Assembly (NCBI GenBank): GCA_041586955.1
Contig: JBFGZE010000083.1
Span: forward strand, 1 to 14,593
From: Bacteriovoracaceae bacterium
Lineage (GTDB): Bacteria > Bdellovibrionota > Bacteriovoracia > Bacteriovoracales > Bacteriovoracaceae
Direction: 5' to 3'
Length of the DNA stretch: 14,593 nt
Below, piece by piece: positions 8,233 to 14,593 of this stretch. The translations under genes and the position numbers were made by a program. Positions within the stretch are counted from its first letter, which is position 1; each line of letters begins with the position of its first letter. The notes below the pieces were generated by a model. The model was not told the origin of the DNA and did no database searches. It saw only the letters and a list, made by a program, of their open reading frames with translations.

Positions 8233-9453
8233 ATGGGCCCAATTCGACGGATAAAATCAATTTTATTTGTAACTTTAATTTTAATTTGCCTCCCCAGTTT
8301 TGCACTGGAGGGTTTTCATGACACATTTCAGGTAGTTCGCGACGCAGAAGGACGACTTGTAAGTGTTAAGGTCAAGAACTATTCCCCTCGTAAAAATATT
8401 CGCCGTTATATGGAGTCTCTCAAGGGTTGGATCCTTGAAGAGCAATTTCAAATGGAGCAGAAAGGGGATGATTATTTTAGCAATATAGACCATCTTTTTG
8501 CTGAAGAGATTGCCGACAAAGATGGTAGGATGAGTGAGTGGTTGGAGCGATTGAAAGAAAGTTTGCGAGCTTTAAGCGCTGTCCAAATTGAGAAGCTTTA
8601 TTCTAACCCCCAATTTAATGAAGTTCTCAATAAGTTTGAAGGAAAGTTAGGAGAGCTTCTCGCTATTTCTGATCCCTCTATGCTTGCCAGACCAAATGAT
8701 AGCCAATACTTTTTGAAGAAAAAGGGAACTCATGAAGCTGTTAAGATGGGCCTTAAGTTGGCGCAAAAAGTGTTTGGACAAATTCCCATTTTAAATACCA
8801 TTAGTTTTATTATGGTTCGTACTGAAGAGATGATTTCTGATTCTCGAAACTTTTATCATAATTACCTTCTTCATTATTTAGAAAATGCTAAAGAAGAGGA
8901 GCTGGGTTTAAGTCATGATGAAATTAATCTCATTTATTCTTCTATTTTTGAGTCTCGGGTTTCGTTAATTGAGCATTTGATTTTTAATAAACAAATTAAA
9001 GCAACATGGCCTAAGTACGGAGTGGAGCGCTTTTTTGGACAGGCCCGTGGCCTTTTAGCGAGAAAAAGACAATTTCGGGGGGAGTTTGATCAATATACAG
9101 ACCGTCTCAATTTTGGGTTTCTTAAAGGGATGTATCAGGGTGAGCCTGTAATTATTAACCTCATTGGTAAGGAGCACCTTTTTAACTCCCGTCCGGCCAT
9201 TAGTTATTATGAACAATCTCCCAACAAGGTTTTACGCAAGAGACAGGTCCTAGAACTTGCCTCCCTCGGTATTAGCTTTTTAACCGTTCCCGATTTTATT
9301 AAAAGTTTTGGGCAAAAGTTTTTCAAATCATTTTACGAAGAGCAACGTTTACAAGAAGGTGCCTTAATGGGTTATCTTAAGCAAAATAATATGGATGAAA
9401 TTTCTCACAATGTTCGTAGACAGGCATTAAATCCATTTGTCTTTATTCATTAA
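8233..9453 (+). CDS. Secreted/periplasmic hypothetical protein, largely helical
   Basis: RBS AGGAGG; signal peptide MGPIRRIKSILFVTLILICLPSFA; 406 aa; no recognisable catalytic motif. Confidence 0.8.
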   Translation: MGPIRRIKSILFVTLILICLPSFALEGFHDTFQVVRDAEGRLVSVKVKNYSPRKNIRRYMESLKGWILEEQFQMEQKGDDYFSNIDHLFAEEIADKDGRMSEWLERLKESLRALSAVQIEKLYSNPQFNEVLNKFEGKLGELLAISDPSMLARPNDSQYFLKKKGTHEAVKMGLKLAQKVFGQIPILNTISFIMVRTEEMISDSRNFYHNYLLHYLENAKEEELGLSHDEINLIYSSIFESRVSLIEHLIFNKQIKATWPKYGVERFFGQARGLLARKRQFRGEFDQYTDRLNFGFLKGMYQGEPVIINLIGKEHLFNSRPAISYYEQSPNKVLRKRQVLELASLGISFLTVPDFIKSFGQKFFKSFYEEQRLQEGALMGYLKQNNMDEISHNVRRQALNPFVFIH

Positions 9454-9503
9454 TCAAAGAAGATTGATCGCGTTTATTAAACGATCTTTCTCTTTTTATA
9501 AGC

Positions 9504-9542
9504 ACCCTTCCCTGAGTTTTCTTAAGGGAAGGGTCTTTTTTT
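9504..9542 (+). terminator. Rho-independent terminator
   Basis: ACCCTTCCCT (9504-9513) / AGGGAAGGGT (9525-9534) stem followed by CTTTTTTT. Confidence 0.8.
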
Positions 9543-9550
9543 AATCAATT

Positions 9551-10267
9551 ATGAAGATCATTTGTTTCATCATATTTATCTTCTGGACACCAATCTTTCA
9601 CGCCCAATTTTTAAAAATTCGCCTGATGGGTGCTTTTAGTACCAATGCACTTTATCGAGGGGCACTTATATGGAATCGACCGGGTTTTATGATTGGGCCG
9701 GGTTTTACATTATGGAAACGGCTTCATATTTATGGGCCACATATTGCTTTGGAATCTTCTCGCGAAGATTCCTTTCAGTTTAAAATAGGAGCTCGTTATT
9801 ATGATGATGGCAAGCCGATGTTTTCTCTTGGAAAGGGACAAGAAACTTATCGTCAGGGGAGAGCTGATTCTCTTGAAGCATATATTGCTGGTATGTACTC
9901 TTTTGGCAAGCGTAAGAATTTTGGAGTTGGTGTTCATTTCGCGAAAGAAGTGCTGGAGTATAAAGGTCTTTATGCCCGCCTTATGCTTAAGGCGCCTATT
10001 TTACCCTTCACAGGGCTACATTGGCATTTGGCAGTCGCTGAACAATCTCATAATCATTACCTCTATGGCCATGGCGCAGTTTCTGGTTTGGCACATATGG
10101 ACGTTAAATTAATTACTGTCATCCCCTTTGTTCCATGGGATGGAATGATTATGAGCTCTCTTAATTATTCACGTGTAGTTCAAGATCATAATAGGCAAGC
10201 GTCTTTGGTTTATGACCGACCCGACAACTTTCAATACTCAATACGAGCGTTTTGGAATGTTCTATAA
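9551..10267 (+). CDS. Putative outer-membrane beta-barrel, MipA/OmpV-like
   Basis: Signal-like N-terminus (MKIICFIIFIFWTPIFHA), alternating amphipathic strands, HNHYLYG resembling the MipA 'YYG' segment, and an aromatic C-terminal strand YSIRAFW. Confidence 0.6.
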   Translation: MKIICFIIFIFWTPIFHAQFLKIRLMGAFSTNALYRGALIWNRPGFMIGPGFTLWKRLHIYGPHIALESSREDSFQFKIGARYYDDGKPMFSLGKGQETYRQGRADSLEAYIAGMYSFGKRKNFGVGVHFAKEVLEYKGLYARLMLKAPILPFTGLHWHLAVAEQSHNHYLYGHGAVSGLAHMDVKLITVIPFVPWDGMIMSSLNYSRVVQDHNRQASLVYDRPDNFQYSIRAFWNVL

Positions 10268-10699
10268 GGGAAGTAACGTCTGAACTAATTCAAAACTAAA
10301 GTCTTCCTGTCTTTTAATAATTTGACATTGGGCAGTCTCAAAATATTCCGGACGGTCAAAGAGACGATCCATGATTTGAGGGATCATAGGCATATGAGAA
10401 ATATAAAGTGATGTGCCCTCGGCCTTCATAAGATGATTTTCCCACGTCACACTATTACCATCTATTGCGAGGAACTCTTCTGGTTGGAGAGTTGGACTTG
10501 AATTTAAATGCTCACTTAATATTTGAGTGGTTTGAGTGGCACGCAAAATAGGGGAGTGATAAATGGTTTGGATGGGAATGCCCCAATGATTTAATTGCTT
10601 GGCCATTGATATGGCCTGCGCCTTGCCTTTGGCGCTGAGAGGCCTCATGGGGTGGTTTTCGGTGTCGCCGTGTCGCATTATAAGCAAATAGGTTTCCAT
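10262..10699 (-). CDS. sixA: SixA-like phosphohistidine phosphatase (histidine phosphatase superfamily)
   Basis: LLIMRHG, RPLS..G..QA, SPILRATQT and ISHMP motifs. Start reassigned to ATG 10699. Its end overlaps the end of the convergent gene by 6 bp (CTATAA). Confidence 0.85.
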   Translation of the reverse strand: METYLLIMRHGDTENHPMRPLSAKGKAQAISMAKQLNHWGIPIQTIYHSPILRATQTTQILSEHLNSSPTLQPEEFLAIDGNSVTWENHLMKAEGTSLYISHMPMIPQIMDRLFDRPEYFETAQCQIIKRQEDFSFELVQTLLPL

Positions 10700-10705
10700 T
10701 GGGGC

Positions 10706-10734
10706 AGTATAGCTGAGCAAGGTAGTCATTTCAA
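10706..10734 (-). promoter_or_regulatory. Sigma70-type promoter of sixA (leaderless configuration)
   Basis: Minus strand reads TTGAAA-N17-TATACT-N6-ATG, with no Shine-Dalgarno. Confidence 0.7.
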
Positions 10735-10810
10735 GGGAACCCTTATGCTTAAGAGTTGGCGAAGAGTAGAAAAGCTAGGATTTTCATGCTATTCCAAGAG
10801 TGAGGTATCT

Positions 10811-11245
10811 ATGACAACGAAAGAAAGAATAGAAAATTTAGTAAAAGACTTCTCTCAATTTAAAGAGTGGGAGGATCGCTATCGATATGTCATTCAATTA
10901 GGTAAAACATTAGACCCTATGGATGAGGCCTTCAAAACGGAAGACAATAAGGTTCGGGGCTGTCAATCGCAACTTTGGTTATGGGCCGAGTGGAAAGATG
11001 GTAGGATAGTTTTTACTGCTGACTCTGATGCCGCCATCGTAAAAGGAATTATTGCTCTCTTGCTGAAGGTTTACTCGGACAATAGTCCAGAAGACATTTT
11101 GGCGACCAGACCTGATTTTCTTGACACTATTGGGTTGCGTGAACATTTATCAATGAATCGTACCAACGGTATTGCTAGCATGCTTAAGCAAATTTCGCTC
11201 TTTGCTTTGGGCTTTCAAACAAAAAAACAAATGGGACTATTATGA
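10811..11245 (+). CDS. sufE: SufE-family sulfur acceptor (cysteine desulfurase activator)
   Basis: WEDRYRYVIQLG, VRGCQSQLW with the active Cys, DSDAAIVKG and LSMNRTNG. RBS GAGGT precedes ATG 10811. Confidence 0.92.
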   Translation: MTTKERIENLVKDFSQFKEWEDRYRYVIQLGKTLDPMDEAFKTEDNKVRGCQSQLWLWAEWKDGRIVFTADSDAAIVKGIIALLLKVYSDNSPEDILATRPDFLDTIGLREHLSMNRTNGIASMLKQISLFALGFQTKKQMGLL

Positions 11246-12219
11246 TTATTCGACCGCGAAGAAACCGTGTTGACGCTAATATGCGAGATTTAGTTCAAGA
11301 AAATAATTTAACAGTTAAAGATCTCATTGCTCCTCTCTTTGTTATGGAAGGGGAGAATAAACGCGAAGAAATCGCCTCTATGCCCGGGCAATATCGATTC
11401 ACTTTGGATTTATTATTAAAAAAGGTTGCTAAATTAAGTGACTTGGGAATTCCCGCGGTCAGTCTATTTCCGGCCTTGCCTGATTCTTTAAAGGACGAAC
11501 GTGCTTCTGAGTCGACTAATTCTAATAATATTTTATGCCAGGCGGTCCGTGCTATCAAAAAGCAAACACCCAATATGTTGGTGATGACAGATGTCGCGAT
11601 GGATCCCTATTCCAATGATGGGCATGATGGATTGGTTGATAAGGAGCGCGGGCTGATATTGAATGATGAAACGTTGCCTATTCTTGCTGAAATGGCGGTC
11701 AACCAGGCACAGGCCGGTGCTGATATCATTGGCCCAAGTGATATGATGGATGGCCGGGTGGCCTATATCCGTCAGGCGCTTGATCACGCTGGCCTTCATC
11801 ATGTTGTGATCATGAGCTATACGGCAAAATACGCTTCGGCCTTTTATGGCCCATTTCGGGATGCTCTTGAGTCAGAACCAAAAATGGGTGATAAAAAAAC
11901 TTATCAGATGAATCCCGCTAATAGTCGAGAGGCCATTCGTGAACTTTATCTCGATGAGCAAGAGGGCGCTGATATTTTAATGGTTAAGCCAGGGCTTCCT
12001 TATTTAGACATACTCAAGGAAATGCGAGAGACCACCACTTTGCCGCTGGCGGTTTATAATGTCAGTGGAGAATATGCCATGGTCAAGGCCGCTGCCGCCA
12101 ATGGCTGGTTAGATGAAGAAAAAGTCGCCCTCGAAATTTTGATGAGCTTTAAGCGCGCAGGGGCCGATATGATTCTCACTTACTTTGCTGAAGCTGCGGC
12201 CAAATGGCTTAAAAAATAA
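11242..12219 (+). CDS. hemB: Porphobilinogen synthase (delta-aminolevulinic acid dehydratase), Asp-rich Zn-independent type
   Basis: RPRRNR, PSDMMDGRV, MSYTAKYASAFYGPFRDA, YQM, MVKPGLPYLD and YNVSGEY motifs. Confidence 0.97.
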   Translation: MIIRPRRNRVDANMRDLVQENNLTVKDLIAPLFVMEGENKREEIASMPGQYRFTLDLLLKKVAKLSDLGIPAVSLFPALPDSLKDERASESTNSNNILCQAVRAIKKQTPNMLVMTDVAMDPYSNDGHDGLVDKERGLILNDETLPILAEMAVNQAQAGADIIGPSDMMDGRVAYIRQALDHAGLHHVVIMSYTAKYASAFYGPFRDALESEPKMGDKKTYQMNPANSREAIRELYLDEQEGADILMVKPGLPYLDILKEMRETTTLPLAVYNVSGEYAMVKAAAANGWLDEEKVALEILMSFKRAGADMILTYFAEAAAKWLKK

Positions 12220-12309
12220 ATCCAAAAAGTTGGTGAATCGCTTCGGCGGAGTCGCAAAAATGATTCAGGCAAACAATTATTGAGTCAGGAGTTGTTGGTA
12301 TCAAGGGTC

Positions 12310-12333
12310 AAAAAAAAGGCCCTCATGAGGACC
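12310..12333 (-). terminator. Rho-independent terminator of the small minus-strand gene
   Basis: Minus strand GGTCCT-CATG-AGGGCC followed by T8, 15 nt after the TAA. Confidence 0.7.
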
Positions 12334-12348
12334 CCTAGTCGATTATTT

Positions 12349-12501
12349 TTATTTTGAACGGTACTTCCTAGGATCTCGCACGCGAACCGGAACTTTGACT
12401 CTTTTATCCTTAAGGCCCTGGTAGTAGCGACGAATAGTAATCCCTAAAAGAAGAAGCCCCAATCCCAAAGTAATACTGAATATTGGCGATTGATATGTCA
12501 T
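12349..12501 (-). CDS. Unannotated 50-aa single-pass membrane peptide MTYQSPIFSITLGLGLLLLGITIRRYYQGLKDKRVKVPVRVRDPRKYRSK
   Basis: Translated by hand. RBS AAGGGGG 4 nt before the ATG, upstream TATAAT (12541-12546), downstream terminator, one hydrophobic helix and a basic tail. Confidence 0.75.
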   Translation of the reverse strand: MTYQSPIFSITLGLGLLLLGITIRRYYQGLKDKRVKVPVRVRDPRKYRSK

Positions 12502-12703
12502 AAGTCCCCCTTCTATAAGGCGTTTCGGCCTGCTATTTTAATTATAACCTATCTTTTTAGTTATCGGAGATCTTCGGCAAAATATTGACAGCAGAGTGTT
12601 TATTAACCTAGTTCTAGCTAGTTAAATTGAATTTACTGAACTTGCTAATTATCACCTCTGCCTTCTTTATGGGGCAATTGAGCGCTAAATTAGCACAGAG
12701 GAC

Positions 12704-12732
12704 ATGACGAATTTTCAATAACCTAGTATAAT
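12704..12732 (+). promoter_or_regulatory. Sigma70-type promoter for the 12775 gene
   Basis: ATGACG-N17-TATAAT, 42 nt upstream of the ATG. Confidence 0.55.
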
Positions 12733-12774
12733 AGAATTAATTTACTAGCATAATTACAGGATCTTAGGTTTAGT

Positions 12775-14193
12775 ATGACAAAAACAACTATGCTTAACTC
12801 AACGCAAAAAGCGTTGGAAATTAATTTAAATGATAAAATTTACGGTACTTTTGCGGAAATTGGAGCAGGGCAGGAAGTTGCCCGGTACTTTTTTCGTGCC
12901 GGTGGTGCTGCTGGGACTATTGCGAAAAGTATGTCGGCCTACGATATGACTATTAGTGATGTGATTTACGGCAAGTCTGGGCGTTATGTGAGTCTACAGC
13001 GTTTGCGCACTATGCTCTTTCGCGAATATGAACAATTATGTGAACGTTTAGTTGAAGGCCGAGGTCATGATACCAGTTTTTTCGTTTTCGCGGATACTGT
13101 TGCGGCCAAAAGTTTTCGCGGCACAGGTGATTGTCACGGCTGGATGGGGGTTCGTTTTCAACATAAACCGATGGCCGGCCCGAGCCAAGTTGTCATTCAT
13201 GTTCGAATGAAAGATCACGCTAATCTTCAACAACAAGAGGCCTTGGGTGTTGTCGGGGTTAATCTTCTTTATGCTTGTTATAATTATCCGCACGATCGAT
13301 CTCTATTTATTGAATCCTTGATGGAGCATTTATCTGCTGAAAGGATGGAGATTGATACCATTGAGGTATCCGGACCAGCTTTCCAAGGGGTCGATAGCCG
13401 TCTTTGGAGTTTGGAATTAGTGAATCAAGAATTTTGCCATGCCATCTTTTTTGATGAGAAAGGACAACCTGATCAGGCGAAGGATGCCCTTTACCGTAAA
13501 AATATTGTCATCTCCCGTGGGTCCTATCGACCTCCAACTTTGGTTAATATGGATATGCTTGAAAAGGGAACGGCGCAATTTAAATTGAGTTTACCAGCTG
13601 AGGAGCAAGATAATATCTTGGTCTTACCCGAAATCAGTATGAATAAACTTAAGCAAAGAAGTGGTGTCGTTGATAGCGAGGACTTTCTCGCACGTGTCGA
13701 CCTCTTGGCCCTTTTGGGTAAACCCGTTCTTATTAGTAATTATGAAACTTACGGACAGCTTGGTAGTTACTTAACTGAATGTACCAAAGAGAAAATCGCA
13801 TTTGTCATGGGCTTTTATAACCTTAATGAAATCTTCAAAGAGGAACATTATAGTGAACATGGAGGTGGCGCTCTTGGGGGGATCGGTGATTTGATTGGCC
13901 ATCGCACGCGATTACTTTGTTATCCAGCTCAAAATGATAAGGGTGAGATTTTGCGGGCCATGGATGTTGAGCTTGCACCTAAAATGAAAGATATTTTAGA
14001 AGTACTGATTAAGCATAAAAACGTTGAAGATATTGAACAATTTAATCAAGATGTTTTTCATATTTGGTCCCGAGTTGTGCTAGGGATGATCGAAAAGGGC
14101 GAAGAAGGCTGGGAAGATATGATTCCTAAAAATATTGGGGAAGAGGTGAAGAAACGCTGTCTCTTTGGTTTTCCCTGCAAGGTTGGGCCATAG
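12775..14193 (+). CDS. Putative NAD-salvage protein: N-terminal CinA/PncC-like domain plus C-terminal NadD-like nucleotidyltransferase domain
   Basis: FAEIGAGQEVARYFFRAGGAAGTIAKSMSAY resembles the CinA AES.TGG...GAS...Y segment. RGSYRPPT resembles NadD GSFxP. The C-terminus IWSRVVLGMI..G...WEDMIP..I...VKKRCLF resembles the NadD terminal segment. Confidence 0.65.
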   Translation: MTKTTMLNSTQKALEINLNDKIYGTFAEIGAGQEVARYFFRAGGAAGTIAKSMSAYDMTISDVIYGKSGRYVSLQRLRTMLFREYEQLCERLVEGRGHDTSFFVFADTVAAKSFRGTGDCHGWMGVRFQHKPMAGPSQVVIHVRMKDHANLQQQEALGVVGVNLLYACYNYPHDRSLFIESLMEHLSAERMEIDTIEVSGPAFQGVDSRLWSLELVNQEFCHAIFFDEKGQPDQAKDALYRKNIVISRGSYRPPTLVNMDMLEKGTAQFKLSLPAEEQDNILVLPEISMNKLKQRSGVVDSEDFLARVDLLALLGKPVLISNYETYGQLGSYLTECTKEKIAFVMGFYNLNEIFKEEHYSEHGGGALGGIGDLIGHRTRLLCYPAQNDKGEILRAMDVELAPKMKDILEVLIKHKNVEDIEQFNQDVFHIWSRVVLGMIEKGEEGWEDMIPKNIGEEVKKRCLFGFPCKVGP

Positions 14194-14215
14194 AAAATCA
14201 GTGATTACTAGAGGT

Positions 14216-14270
14216 ATGGATGAAAGTATTAATAACGACCTAAAGTTTTATGATACTTTCACCCATTTTT
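14216..14270 (+). terminator. Long hairpin with U-tract between convergent genes
   Basis: ATGG-A-TGAAAGTAT (14216-14229) / ATACTTTCA-C-CCAT (14253-14266), followed by a T-run. A smaller hairpin AAGGGTT/AACCTTT lies at about 14274-14290. Confidence 0.6.
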
Positions 14271-14307
14271 GTAAGGGTTTGGAACCTTTTGATTCATAGG
14301 GCAACAG

Positions 14308-14593
14308 CTAAAAGTCATTTTGGCCACTGCGCGGCCCTGATATATCATTTTTTTTATTCAACATATCTTTCACTTGTTCCTGGGCGTAGTTTTGCCAAGA
14401 GTCGCCACTAGGTAAGGGGTCATAGGGTGTATCTTCTTGATTTGTGACATAAATACTTTGAGTGGGGAAAGCGAATTTTACTCCCATGGACTTGGCCAGG
14501 CGAATAATATCCATGAGGAGGCGGTGGCGCTCTGCCAATTCATGATTCCAAGAGGGAACCGCCCAAAAAACATAAAGCAAAATATCAAGTGAG
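14308..14593 (-). CDS. C-terminal part of an MscS-family mechanosensitive channel (runs off the window)
   Basis: SLDILLYVF...ELAERHRLLMDIIRLAKSMGVKFAFPTQSIYV, the typical MscS/YnaI C-terminal FAFPT motif. The frame is open to the window edge. Confidence 0.85.
   Translation of the reverse strand, partial: SLDILLYVFWAVPSWNHELAERHRLLMDIIRLAKSMGVKFAFPTQSIYVTNQEDTPYDPLPSGDSWQNYAQEQVKDMLNKKNDISGPRSGQNDF

Noticed and set aside
10652..10810. 53-aa N-terminal extension of SufE in the ORF track
   Set aside because: Overlaps sixA and its promoter. SufE homology and the RBS begin at 10811.
12611..12650. GTTCTAGCTA resembling the preQ1-I riboswitch loop
   Set aside because: Lacks the proper P1 stem and A-rich tail geometry, and no queuosine gene lies downstream.
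1..14593. CRISPR array, tRNA/rRNA, IS/integrase, retron or defence operon
   Set aside because: No periodic repeats, cloverleafs, terminal inverted repeats, or RT/nuclease/transposase motifs seen. The helicase is ordinary RadD and the nucleotidyltransferase is CCA-class, not a CBASS cyclase.

Overview
AT-rich bacterial chromosomal segment. The gene mix and protein styles suggest a Bdellovibrionota/Bacteriovoracia-like organism, which is an inference. In order: 3' end of an upstream + strand gene and its terminator; a two-CxxC glutaredoxin-like protein (-); RadD/YejH helicase (-); a divergent, tightly coupled LysR / tRNA nucleotidyltransferase / GNAT cluster; a small replication-initiator-like winged-helix protein; a 663-aa protein that looks like two degenerate REC-PilZ units in tandem; a secreted hypothetical protein; a MipA/OmpV-like beta-barrel; SixA (-); a coupled sufE-hemB pair; an unannotated 50-aa membrane peptide gene (-) with its own promoter, RBS and terminator; a CinA-like + NadD-like fusion protein; and the 3' end of an MscS channel (-). 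I see no rRNA, tRNA, CRISPR array, transposase, integrase or recognisable defence system. Most notable: the hidden small membrane peptide, two apparently leaderless genes (radD, sixA), the tandem pseudo-REC/PilZ protein, the NAD-salvage-like fusion with altered motifs, and a KDxxR variant of the nucleotide-template motif in the CCA-family enzyme. All calls were made by eye, without database searches.
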